Shown: positions 13,482 through 26,359, numbered from the stretch's first letter. The stretch: 64,000 nt of DNA from Eledone cirrhosa (GCA_964016885.1 OZ024741.1:149172001-149236000); one strand, 5' to 3'. Made by a program: numbers and translations. Notes: generated by a model not told the origin, from the letters alone.

Positions 13482-14118
13482 ATGCTAAACTTCCCCAGTC
13501 GCTACAACACCGACTGGATGTCGGAGCTGTCGGACCAAACATCTTTAGCACACCTAACAGTACCAGGCACACACAATACTATGGCTCATTACGGCGGCGA
13601 TATGGCAGAATGTCAACATTGGTTGTTATATTCACAACTACAGGCTGGAATACGTTTCTTAGATATTCGCTGTCGGCATTATCGCAATGGCTTACCAATA
13701 CATCACGGTATCAAATACCAACACGCTGATTTCCCCATGGTTTTGCGAGAGGTCTTTCGATTTCTGCAAGACTATCCCACAGAGACCATCATTATGCGCA
13801 TTAAAAAGGAATTCCAGTCGGCCGAGAACTCCCGACCTTTCGAGGAAACGTTCCAGGCCTCCATTGAACAATACATGAGGGATGGTCGAATATGGAACCG
13901 TTACACTTCTATTCCCATTCTTGGAGACGTTCGCGGCAAAATTGTTATCTTGCAAGATTTCCGAGGGTCTCCGTACGGACTGGATTATAATAATGGAGAT
14001 ATGTTTTCTATTGAGGACCACTGGAAAGTGCCTACAATTCTGGACTTACACATCGGACACAAATGGCAGCATGTCAAACGTAAACTAGACACTTCCGGTG
14101 AGGACGAGGAAAGTTCCG
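13482..14118 (+). CDS. PI-PLC X-domain protein (bacterial-type 1-phosphatidylinositol phosphodiesterase-like), coding exon 1
   Basis: Motifs DWMS.L.D..SL..LTVPGTHNT, QL.AGIRFLDIRCR, PIHHG, FL..YPTETIIMRIKKE, P.LGDVRGKIVILQDF, with both catalytic His present; donor G|GTAAGT at 14118/14119, phase 1. The start codon is uncertain. Confidence 0.9.
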
Positions 14119-14294
14119 GTAAGTTGAACTTTATTATTACTTTCAGGAACTAGTTTAGGGTACTTCCTGTAAAGTGTAATGCCTAGTGTACCCGACAGTA
14201 TCTATATAGGAATAGAGCCACTACAATATACTAACTACAATTCAGTACCTTAATAATAATACAGTACCTACTATAGGATGTCAGTCCCTTGTAA

Positions 14295-14550
14295 AGCTGT
14301 AAAATTTAGCCCACCCCTAAGCTGGCAATAGGCCATGGCCAGATGTAAAACATACACCCCCCAACAAATTGGTACTAGGCTCAGCAATAGGCCCAGAATA
14401 CATATAAAATATAAGCACCCAAAAGCTGGTAACAGGCCCATTTCAGATGTAAAATGTACCCCCTCCCTCGAGCTGGTAATAGGTCCAAGTTTGATGTAAA
14501 ATGTATGTACCCTAAGCTGTTAATAGGCACAGACTAGATATGAAATGTAG
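14295..14550. repeat. Degenerate tandem repeat (about 45 bp) in the intron
   Basis: About 5-6 units of agctggtaataggcc...gatgtaaaat. Confidence 0.6.
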
Positions 14551-14932
14551 GCCCTATTTTCAAACTGCTTATTAAATATTTGAGTAATCAGTATGGGTTA
14601 TAGGTATGTATTATATATGTACATGTTGTGTACCGAAACATTCACAAGTAACAGAACAGAATAAAAGAACCAGAATGATTTGTGAAAATGTAACAGGCCC
14701 TCTTCCAAATCGTTGGTCCATGCTAACTGGTCTGCTTGCACCCCTTCCTTCTGTTCTGGCCTGCCAAATATACTGTACAATAACTCGTTCATTCGAATAA
14801 CTATAGAGTTGTACACACTACTACATTGAAAGTAGTGTGTAGAACACACACACACACACACACACATACATACACACACACACGCACATACATACATACA
14901 TACATACATACATACATACATACATACATACA

Positions 14933-14964
<32 letters not shown>

Positions 14965-14986
14965 CTGCACTAACAAAAATATTATT

Positions 14987-15017
<31 letters not shown>

Positions 15018-15213
15018 TGCATTCACGAAAATATTATATATATATATATATCAACTAGAAATTGATTAACATATATATATATATATCTAAAATAAACACA
15101 TGTAACAATCACAGGGGATAATTTGTAAAGTGTGTAAGCACATACAGCTAGGTAGGTAACTAATTAAAGTTTAACTAAAACTTCAAATATAGATACCTTT
15201 TAATATATACCTT

Positions 15214-15286
<73 letters not shown>

Positions 15287-15870
15287 CGAGCCAACGAGGG
15301 AGCCTCTCGGTGATCGTCCGATCTACTTGAAATAGTTGCTGCGGTCAACCATACCATCTACAAAGGAAGGTCACGTTGGATAATGTAGTCTGAGACATCT
15401 CTAAAATAAGGAATCGTCGCAGCTAGATCACCTATCATCATAGGTCTGTCCGATCAATGTAGACCTGTAGATAAAGAAGAACATTATCGGTGTTAAACTT
15501 AATCCATCGTCCATTTTAACACCTCACCTGGCCCTGGGGTGGTTTTAACAGCGTCCACTCTGTTGCAAGTATTTGAATCAGGTCTCCGGTTTGAGAATAG
15601 CTTCCTTCCTCACTCCCTCACACTATTCTTAGAGACCTCGAAATGGGCCAATCGGACTACATTTCCCTCCCTCACTAAACAGTAAAAAACAATAACAAAA
15701 AACAAAAATACGATATCCTATATTATATTTACAACACTACAGGACACATTACATATATACTATATATCCGTACTAATACACTACACTATAGGTATACTGC
15801 ACTCTAGATATATTACACTATAGATATACTATACCACACTACAGATATACTGAAGCACAGGTAGAGAACA

Positions 15871-17210
15871 CTATAGATATACAATACTATAGTGCAGATA
15901 TGTTATTATAGATATACAATACTATAGTGCAGATATGTTACTATAGATGTACAATACTATAGTCCAGATATGTTATTATAGATATACAATACTATAGTCC
16001 AGATATGTTATTATAGATATACAATACTATAGTGTAGACACGTTACTGTAGATGTACAATACTATAGTGTAGATATGTTACTGTAGATGTACAATACTAT
16101 AGTGTAGATATGTTACTGTAGATGTACAATACTATAGTGTAGATATGTTACTGTAGATGTACAATACTATAGTGCAGATATGTTACTGTAGATGTACAAT
16201 ACTATAGTACAGATATGTTATTATAGATATACAATACTATAGTGCAGATATGTTATTATAGATATACAATACTATAGTGCAGATATGTTACTATAGATGT
16301 ACAATACTATAGTCCAGATATGTTATTATAGATATACAATACTATAGTGCAGATATGTTACTGTAGATATACAATACTATAGTGTAGATATGTTATTATA
16401 GATATACAATACTATAGTGCAGATATGTTACTGTAGATATACGATACTATAGTGTAGATATGTTATTATAGATGTACAATACTATAGTGTAGATATGTTA
16501 CTGTAGATGTACAATACTATAGTGCAGATATGTTACTGTAGATGTACAATACTATAGTGTAGATATGTTACTGTAGATGTACAATACTATAGTGTAGATA
16601 TGTTACTGTAGATGTACAATACTATAGTGTAGATATGTTACTGTAGATGTACAATACTATAGTGTAGATATGTTACTGTAGATGTACAATACTATAGTGC
16701 AGATATGTTACTGTAGATATACAATACTATAGTGTAGATATGTTACTGTAGATGTACAATACTATAGTGTAGATATGTTATTATAGATATACAATACTAT
16801 AGTGCAGATATGTTACTGTAGATGTACAATACTATAGTGCAGATATGTTACTGTAGATATACAATACTATAGTGTAGATATGTTACTGTAGATATACAAT
16901 ACTATAGTGCAGATATGTTATTATAGATATACAATACTATAGTGTAGATATGTTACTGTAGATGTACAATACTATAGTGCAGATATGTTACTGTAGATAT
17001 ACAATACTATAGTGTAGATATGTTACTGTAGATGTACAATACTATAGTGCAGATATGTTACTGTAGATGTACAATACTATAGTGTAGATATGTTACTGTA
17101 GATGTACAATACTATAGTGTAGATATGTTACTGTAGATATACAATACTATTGTGTAGATATGTTACTGTAGATGTACAATACTATAGTGTAGATATGTTA
17201 CTATAGATAT
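15871..17210. repeat. 35-bp minisatellite, about 38 copies
   Basis: Unit ctgtagatgtacaatactatagtgtagatatgtta; intronic. Confidence 0.97.
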
Positions 17211-17364
17211 ACGGCACTGCACTACAGCATAAACGCAATATACATACACTAACACACTATAGTAATGATAGTAAAGATTATAAACGTTTCAGGGTAACCA
17301 CTCATGTCACTGGAATCTACAATATATCTATGTGTGAGTGCGAGCGCGTATGTGTGTGTGTATG

Positions 17365-17452
<88 letters not shown>

Positions 17453-17542
17453 AAGGTTAAACAAGGTTCAATTAATAAATCAAAGAATAAAGTTTTACAA
17501 TAGATTAGACGCACTCCACAGTTTGGTTTTCCGGAGTTATTA

Positions 17543-17878
17543 ATATTAATTCAAAATATTAATAAAAATAGACATTCGTGTGATCAAGTATATTTTATTA
17601 TACATATTTCAGAGGTACTGAGCTATCTTCAACAGTACGTCCTCATCAGATAAAATAAGATGATGCATGACATACCCTGACTTAGTAGATGGTTAAAATT
17701 CAGTCATGGCAGTCATGCTGAATTTTAACCATCTACTTAGTCAGGGTATGTCATGCATCATCTTATTTTATCTGATGAGGACGTACTGTTGAAGATAGCT
17801 CAGTACCTCTGAAATATGTATAATAAAATATACTTGATCACACGAATGTCTATTTTTATTAATATTTTGAATTAATAT
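17543..17878. mobile_element. Fold-back palindromic element (about 336 bp) carrying hammerheads
   Basis: Near-perfect inverted repeat centred near 17710, between (TA)n tracts. Confidence 0.9.
17764..17830 (+). ncRNA. Type I hammerhead ribozyme (mirror copy 17591-17657 on -)
   Basis: UAUUUUAU-CUGAUGA-[GGAcGUACUG..CAGUACcUCU]-GAAA-UAUGUA-UA|AUAAAAUA; 8-bp stem I; predicted cleavage after 17822. Confidence 0.8.
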
Positions 17879-17900
17879 ATATATATATATATATATATAC

Positions 17901-18000
<100 letters not shown>

Positions 18001-18314
18001 TATGGGGTATATAAGAAGTCATTTATATATACCAATATGAACTGTACAGGTAATTGTACAAAGCGTCACCAGTCTTGTCACATTATATCGCACTGTATAT
18101 CTGTGTGAATTACGTTAAGGGTACACGTGTCTGTGAAATACTCAACAGTTTAAACGTTAATTTCATGAGCAGGCCGTTCCATTAATCGAACAACTAGATC
18201 ACTCATCGTCGAAACCGATGAAAGTTCATTTGCCACTTTGTTAGCCCCGTTTCGTACATCGAGTATTTCTGCTGAACACTTCTACCTCTGGAACTCTCTC
18301 TTTTCAAGTGGACG

Positions 18315-18610
18315 CTGGAATGGCTGAATGGTTAAGATATCCACAGTTCGGTCCCACTGCGTGATATCTTGGGCAAGTGAATGAATTTGAGTAGACAGAA
18401 ATTGTATGGAAGCCCGGCAGGTGGATTTTATCTGTAATTCAAGATCCAGCCCGGTTGCATATTGTCTCATGCTGGTTCATCTTGGGAATTACGTTATGAC
18501 CACACGCGTCTGTGTTCGGAATACACAGCTACTTACTTATAAATTCACGAGTTGGACGTTCTATTGATTGTACAACTACATGATCATCGTCGGAACCGAC
18601 GAAAAATTTA
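18315..18610 (+). mobile_element. SINE family B
   Basis: tggctgaatggttaag head, cttgggcaagtg core, shared tail. Confidence 0.7.
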
Positions 18611-19744
18611 TCATGTTTTTAAAGAATGAAGAATGACTTCGGTTTATTCCTTTCATGCAACATTGTTATCTTACACAAACGTTCACACACACTCGCTTCT
18701 TTTCCACACACATACTTACATCCACACACACACACACACACATACACACACTCACATCTACATATACACACACACTTTACCCTCCACCGTCTCTTCCTAG
18801 ACTCTGAGTATTTTGGCAGCCTCCTCTATCTAGCCTCTCCTCCTTCTCCCCCTCAACCCACACCCCTATCCCCACTACCACACCCTTCACACTGGACCTA
18901 TACCCCTATCCCTTTTATTTTTATTCTTATTTTTATTATCATTATTTTTTTTTTTACATTGTAACTTCCCTCCTTGGAGATCCTGTTCTTCCCCTATCCG
19001 AACTTTCCTGATGAAGGACTTCTGTCCCTTCATTTCCCTGTTGTCTCACTAGATATTAATCTAAACTATAGTAAAGGAAGGTCTGCGGGACTGCGTACGA
19101 TTTATTCTTTTTTTATCCCGTTAGTAAAATAAGTTGGATTACTTTGAATAAATAATGAATGAATATTACATAATTTATCTACTAAATTTCGTAAACAAAA
19201 ATAATTTCGTAAAATTAAATAATTTAAAATTGACTTCTTTTCAAAGTTGCACTTCCAGTATATCTTTACCCCCACCACTACTTCAACTACCATATATATA
19301 GAAAGAGAGAGAGTGTGATGTCAACACTTCCGGTGGCGATCACTTAAATAAACATACTAATTTTCTGTCACTAATTTTCTCCTAATGTAGTTTATATATG
19401 ATATCGTCTTTTTTTTTATGTATAATGGATTACGTTACTGATTACATAAGACAGTGTAACAACGTCTTCGTTCAATTTCTGTGTATATTGTCAATTACGA
19501 TTATATTTGATGTATCATATCTACATGTATATATACTTGCGTATAATATCAATATACACACTACACATGCTAGCAGAAAACCACGCGAAAGGTGGTTTTT
19601 CTGCTAGTCCTATATAATATTGTTAAATGTCTCTTTATATTTAAGGCAATCGTTAAATAGATTTATCTCTGTACTGATCATAATTTAAAGTTGTAATCGG
19701 ATTTTAAAAAATAGAACTGTTTGCAATATTATCTGGCCTCGGGG

Positions 19745-19960
19745 ATAGTGGATTGGCAGAATTGGCAGAGCGTCGGATAAAATGCTATTGCTGTGTTTAT
19801 TCAGGGTCTTTACATTTTGAGTTCAAATCCTGTCGCGGTCAACTTTGCCAGTCATCCTTCCGAGGTCGATAAAATAAAGTACCAATCAAGTATTGGGGTT
19901 GATTTAATCAACTTTACCTTTCACCCGAATTTGCTGGCCATATGCCTAAACTAGAAATCA
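19745..19960 (+). mobile_element. SINE family A
   Basis: A/B boxes and tcatccttccgaggtcgataaaataaagtacc central domain (MetaSINE/MESC-like). Confidence 0.8.
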
Positions 19961-20644
19961 GTATTATCTCACCTCATTGGGAATGGTGAAGACAGAGCCA
20001 ACTGAAGATGCCGGCAAGTCGGGCTGTCAGTCCCCGTCCTAGGGCATCACGCGCAGAGGCTGCTATGCTACGTGTCTGGAGTCTTCCAAATACAACAAGC
20101 AAAATGTGAAAATAAATAAAATTAAATAAAGTAAAAAAAAAAACCCTCTTAATTACATCTATAGATGAACAGCACCATTTCTTTAGTTTCTCTCACACGC
20201 CCATCCCCCTCACAGATTTTGTTTGTAACGACAACGAGTGGGAAGTGGGCCGGTGTTTATAACGACGATGGGTAGAGGATAGTTGATGTTTAGAACGATG
20301 ATGAGTGGAGCATGGGTAGGTGTTTTCCAATAATAGATATATGCTCCACCCCAACACTGCCGTGGATTAACCCTTTCATTACTATATTCCTAATGAAATA
20401 CACTACTTATGATTTTTAATAAATTTAGAAATAATAAACAATTCAAAGGAATTTAGTTAAATGACCAACCATATTAAAAGCTGGTATTTAGGACATAGCT
20501 TAAAGATATTTTCCAATAACATAATTTCTTTTTTTTTAATATGAACAGTTTAAAACAAGAGATTTGTTTGATCAGAGAATTGGGGCGGTTTTGAGCGGCT
20601 TAGTATTAAACAGTGTGATGAATTATTATTATTAGAACCGAAAT

Positions 20645-20870
20645 TAGGGCGGTGGATTAGCAGTATCGGTAGAACGTCGGTCACCATGCTTTGCAGCAAA
20701 GTGTTACGTCCTTTTACGGCCTAAGTTCAAATCCCTCCGAGGTTAGCTTTGCTTTTCATCCTTACGGGGTCGATAAAATAAAGCGCCAGTAATGCACTGG
20801 GGTCGATTTAAACGACGTTCCCCTCCCCTAAAATTGTTGACCTTGTGCCTAAATCAGAAACCATTATTAG
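20645..20870 (+). mobile_element. SINE family A
   Basis: ggcggtggattagcagtatcggtagaacg...agttcaaatccc...ttttcatccttacggggtcgataaaataaag...ccttgtgcctaaatcagaaacc. Confidence 0.8.
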
Positions 20871-21059
20871 AACCGAAACTCGGGTCAAGCTATTGATGTT
20901 TTTCAATCTACAAAGAAATATGTAAATAAGACCTGTTCACACATTTACATATGTAAATGTGTTTACATTTTCATTTCTCAGAGCTTCAGTTAACTCCTGC
21001 ACTGTTTGTGTATAGATACGAATTTATTGTATATTTCAGTTGCTTAGCGCACAATTTAA

Positions 21060-22079
21060 TCTATATATATAAAACTGTGGTTGTCTGTCTGTCTATCGAT
21101 TTTTGGCACACATCTCCTCTTAGAATCTCTCACGGAATTGCACCGAAATTGCTATACTTGTACATTGAGCCCTAGCGAAGACATCGGAAAAAAAAATTTC
21201 AAATTGACCCACCCTATGTGACGAAATCGAATATAATGTATCGATTTTTGAGCGTAAGTTATCAGTTATTTCCCTTTGTTCTGTTTACATTGAGCGTCTT
21301 ACGTAAAAAATTACGCTGGCTTTAACAGTTGTCGAGCCAGCAAAATATTGACCTGCAAAATTCATCAGTTCGAACACTAAGCTTCCGTTTTGCTTCATTT
21401 CCATTTAAAAGCATTTTAAAACAATATTTTTACTTGAAAACAAGTCTATTTAAAGACTACGTAAAACAAGCAAATATTTCGTCGTTAGGCGTGCAGACAG
21501 ACAGTCGTGCAGACAGACAGTCGTGCAGACAGACAGTCGTGCAGACAGACAGTCGTGCAGACAGACAGTCGTGCAGACAGACAGTCGTGCAGACAGACAG
21601 TCGTGCAGACAGACAGTCGTGCAGACAGACAGTCGTGCAGACAGACAGTCGTGCAGACAGACAGTCGTGCAGAGAGGTGATATACGCGTGCAGACAGATA
21701 GTCGTGCAGAGAGGTGATATAGGCGTGCAGACAGATAATCGTGCAGAGAGGTGATATAGGCGTGCAGACAGACATAACTGATAATTTGGTTACGCTAATG
21801 TTTTTCTCTGCGTTGCAGTGTTTACATTTTCGATCTTTGTTAATAAATAACCAGTGCAGTTTCTATCCCCAGCATCCTCTTTTGTTATAACATTCGGGTT
21901 ATCGTTATGTTTTCTTAACTTCATAAGGCATATTGTTGGTTGAGGGAATATTAATCAAAAACACCACATGCAAGTCTGCACAGTAGACACTACAGTTTTT
22001 AAGCCAAGAAAGAAACTTAACATTGTAACTTTAACACAGCTACTGAGCGACCCCGAGCAACGCCGGGCTTTACTGCTAG
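21060..22079 (+). mobile_element. Non-autonomous Helitron
   Basis: A|TCTATATATATAAAA 5' end; subterminal hairpin cccg-agcaacgc-cggg; CTAG|T 3' end; inserted in an AT dinucleotide; no TSD. Confidence 0.85.
21491..21775. repeat. 16-bp minisatellite inside the Helitron
   Basis: About 11 perfect copies of gtgcagacagacagtc, then longer variant units. Confidence 0.95.
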
Positions 22080-22410
22080 TATATAATAGAATTAACTACC
22101 AACGTAAACACTAACATTATGCAAATCAGCAGATCCAGTTCTCAGTTACTACCACATTTGATGGGTTTGTAAAGCTTTTAGTTACGTATTTCTCCGTGGA
22201 ATATGGACGGTGTTGATAACGTTTGATGAAGGTCACAGCAAGGACCCAAACTCGTGTCAAGCTATTTTTATTTTTTTTTACAGTCTGCGGAGAAATGCGT
22301 AAATAAAACCTGTTTATATGTTTACATATATAAATGTATGTGTTTATAACACATTTCTCGCAGCTTCAGTCAAATCCTGCACTTGTATTTTTATTTTTTT
22401 TTATTTTCAG

Positions 22411-22631
22411 TTATATATATCACATACACCAGTGGAACAAGCTTCTGGGCTTGGCCTAAGGCCGTAGCTAATCGTCTCAACCCTCGGCTCCAGGAGTATT
22501 TACAGGGAAAGAAACCCAAGAAACGATTTGGTATTATCTGTATGGATTTTCCAACGATCAATCTGGTTGAATCTATAGTTCGTTGTAATTTTCAATCGGG
22601 ATCGAACTCACTGTCCACTTGTAAGAAATGA
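22411..22631 (+). CDS. PI-PLC X-domain protein, terminal coding exon
   Basis: Polypyrimidine tract + CAG acceptor at 22410; G+TT rebuilds Val in frame; IYITYTSG..P..VANRLNPRL..YL...RFGIICMDFP..LVE.IV..N is the typical PI-PLC C-terminus; stop TGA 22629-22631. Confidence 0.88.
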
Positions 22632-23062
22632 ATTCATCACATACATTGGCGAAAACACTAACTACAATAATTTCACTTTTAAAAATATCTCACACATCAG
22701 TAACATCGTTTATAAATAGAGAAGTGATTTAAGAGTGATGTTCCCTTGTGTGCATGTAGAGTGTGGATGTAAGGGAGGGGTTGTTAGATCTAAGGCCGGT
22801 TAGACAGGGTGTCGATCATGGTATTTACCAGAGAGCCCGAGGCCCCGTCACAAATTAAAAAAACTATTAAAGAAAAAATTTTTTAAATATGTTGTTTTGG
22901 AAATATACCGGTCCCATATCTCTTATATATATGTGTGTGTGTTGTGTGTATATATATGTGTGTGCGTGTATGCATGTGTGTGTGTATCCCGGGTTCAATC
23001 GGGAGTAACCACAGTAAGTAAGGTACTCAATACATAGCAGAGTATAAATATTTAATATAGAA

Positions 23063-23159
23063 ATGACTTCTACAGGACTAGAACGGTTTCATTCAAAGGA
23101 AATCGTCAGGAAAGCCCCTGATTATTTCCTTCGAATGAAACAGTTCTAGTCCTTTAGAA

Positions 23160-23164
<5 letters not shown>
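23063..23164. repeat. Small fold-back with two divergent degenerate hammerhead cores
   Basis: About 48-bp arms around aaagcc; minus arm CUGACGA-UUUCCUUUGAAU-GAAAC, plus arm CUGAUUA...GAAAC; (TA)n flank. Confidence 0.65.
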
Positions 23165-23225
<61 letters not shown>

Positions 23226-23699
23226 GCCAGACGGTCGAGCTTAAACCGTATCGATGTTTGTTCTCAACTAGTGGCATCTCATCCACACACATATAATTGT
23301 TGATTTGTTAACAAAAAACTTGATTTTATAATGTTTTGTCAGGAGTGGGGACCCAACTCGGTTATCACACTCCTGATTAAAGTTAACGTCTCTGTTTCCT
23401 ATCTTCTACCACAAATCTGTTGGCGTTCGTAAAGTAAACAAAAAAAAAGGGATGCAATTTTTTTACGTTCAGTACAAGCAGGGCTGGTGCTACCTTTATG
23501 CTAACGAGAAAGCTGCCTAGGGCGCACAAATGATAAGTGTTAAAAACTGACCCTGTCTCTTTGCTACGGGCGCAAAATGGTCAGGTGCCGGCCTCCTGAG
23601 TAGAAGGAGGCATAACATGTTAATTTCAAACAACCAGTGGGAACAACTGCTCCATGACTGAAGGACACTGACGTATCGCAATGGTTCAACATGTCAAGT

Positions 23700-24230
23700 A
23701 CAGAAATAAATTAACCAGTGAAATACCAATGTATATTGTACTTTTATAGGAAATTAATCAATGAAATACCCTTCTATTTATGTATATTGTACGTTACCAT
23801 AACATTGTGAAAGATTAACCAGTGAAATATCATTGTATATTATACGTTACCACAAAACTGTAATAAATTAACCAATGAAATATCCTTCTATATACATTTT
23901 ACGTTACCATAGCCAGTAAAATATTCTTTTACATTGATCGTTACCATAACGCTGTGAGAAATTTACCAGTGAAATACCCTTCTGTATTGTACGTTACCAT
24001 AACGCTGTGAGAAATTTACCAGTGAAATACCCTTCTGTATTGTACGTTACCATAACGCTGTGAGAAATTTACCAGTGAAATACCCTTCTGTATTGTACGT
24101 TACCATAACGCTGTGAGAAATTTACCAGTGAAATACCCTTCTGTATTGTACGTTACCATAACGCTAGCAGAAATTAACCAATGTAATATCCTTTTTGTAT
24201 ATTGTACGTTACCATAACAAAGTGAAAAAC
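23700..24230. repeat. 53-bp tandem repeat
   Basis: About 4 near-perfect copies of gttaccataacgctgtgagaaatttaccagtgaaatacccttctgtattgtac plus diverged flanking units. Confidence 0.9.
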
Positions 24231-24309
24231 TGTTGTAACATCACAATACCTTTGAGAAAAATATTTTAATAATTCCGTCTGTTTTTCAATGATGATTTAT
24301 ATTATAATT

Positions 24310-24475
24310 AAGGCGGCGAATTGGCAGAGTCGTTAGAACGTTGGGTATAATGAGTTGCAGTATTCGTCCCGGCTCTCTGCACTCTGAGTTCAAAACCGGC
24401 CAAGGTCAACTTTGCCTTTCATCCTTTCCAGGTCAATAAAAAATGTACCTGTCCAGTACTGGGATCGATTCTTCC

Positions 24476-24480
<5 letters not shown>
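24310..24480 (+). mobile_element. SINE family A
   Basis: Head identical to 4612 (ggcggcgaattggcagagtcgttagaac); tttgcctttcatcctttcc domain. Confidence 0.75.
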
Positions 24481-24548
<68 letters not shown>

Positions 24549-25931
24549 TTTTCTGGAAGAAAGGAAGAAATCGGCTGTGTTCAGACCTGGAGAGGTGATG
24601 GATTCCGCAAGGTTTAAAATGCCCCAAACATGCTGGATGTGACTTCGATGCCTCCACGACTACATCAGGAGTTATGGATCGATACATACATATATAATAA
24701 TTATTGTTACTAGTACACGTAAAGATCATAAGGTCGTGAGTTTGATTCCCGGTGGTGCATTGTGCCCTTGAGCAAGATCCATCATTTAACATTGCTCCAG
24801 TCTACTCAGATGACAAAAATTAGTTGTATACGTAATTCATAGGGTAAACCTTGTTACACACTGTGTCACGCCGAATTTCTCTGATAATTACGTTAAGGCT
24901 ACACCTGTCTGTGGAATGCTCGACCATTTGTACGTTAATTTCACGGGCAACCTTTTCGGCTGATTGAATAACTGGAACACTCGTCGTCAGAATCAACGGA
25001 GATCCAAACAACAGCAACTAGTACACAACCTGTTGTCTTTGCTGAGGAGAATAAGTAATATTTGTTATAAATTGCTGAAGAAACTGAATATTTCTTATTG
25101 TCTCAATAAAACATCGAGTACTAGTTCTAAATAAAAATGTAAGAATATTTTTGTGAGATTGTAATGTTCGTGTGTGACAGACGGACAAAAATCTACCATA
25201 CAGTTAATATAATATAGATTGGAAACTATTTCATATGCTAGAACATCTAAAGATAGTAGTGGTTGTCAAAAGATGAAACCAGCAGAAGATATGGAAATAT
25301 TGAACTAACTAGTCATAGAAGTAATTATTGATAACTAAACATATTTGAAGTGTTATATAAGATTACACCGTCCTATGAAACCTGGTGATAAACCCAGACA
25401 GATTCCTATGTATAACGTTAGAAAATAATGACAAAACCATACTGAAGATGACATACCGGAAACTCGGAGAAGTATCCAGACAAACTCCTAGAAATAAAAC
25501 AAAGGAAATATTCATAAAGCCATACATGAATGAAGATGACATACATTTTATGTTCAAGTTTTCTTGATAGTGTGCAGTTTTGACTTGGTTTCACCTTAAT
25601 TATTAATGTTGGTATTGTTTAGTCCCTGGTCATCCCTGATCGAGCAATCTTCAGATCAAAAGGGTTCTAACTGTCCAGTCCCGATTTGCTAAAAAGGATT
25701 GTCACAACTAGAATATATATCAAGGACTACATTGTGTCCAATGTGTCCTTTTTTTATAAAGACGGCAGGGTGTTATCTGAAGGAGATTTGGCTGCTATTT
25801 CTAGCAGGTCGAATGACCGCTGTACAAGCTATGTTAGCTCGATTAATGTCGATTTCTTACATAAGCACAAAACTATTCTTTTCTAGGGGGTGGGATATTG
25901 ATTGATTCTTCTTCAAAATATTAATGATTCT

Positions 25932-25975
<44 letters not shown>

Positions 25976-26216
25976 GGTTTTCTCTGATAATATATTTAAA
26001 ACATTGTGGCCAATTTGTAAGGAAACATTGGATGAAATAAACTTACTTTGTTTTTAACATGGAGTTTACTTTTTAATTGCGGATTTCTCCGATCGTATAA
26101 ATCTATCTATCTGTCTGCCTATCTGTTTGCCTGCCTACCTCGTTCCTCCTATCAATCAATCTATATATCTATCTACTTACCCCCTATCTATCTATCTATC
26201 TATCTATCCATCCATC

Positions 26217-26327
<111 letters not shown>

Positions 26328-26359
26328 TTATCTGTTTATTTGTCTGAATGTCTATTACA

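Noticed and set aside
14119-14153. ORF-track C-terminus KLNFIITFRN of PI-PLC
   Set aside because: Read-through into the intron past a consensus GTAAGT donor; the real C-terminus is at 22411-22631.
20645-20740. tRNA genes at SINE heads
   Set aside because: A/B boxes are present but there is no cloverleaf, and they continue into SINE bodies.
21329-21775. Repetitive ORF (QTDSRADRQSCRQTVV)n
   Set aside because: 16-bp minisatellite within a Helitron; open in several frames by chance.
25018-25219. Possible third Helitron on the minus strand
   Set aside because: A TC-type 5' end is plausible near 25219, but there is no clear subterminal hairpin at a CTAG end.
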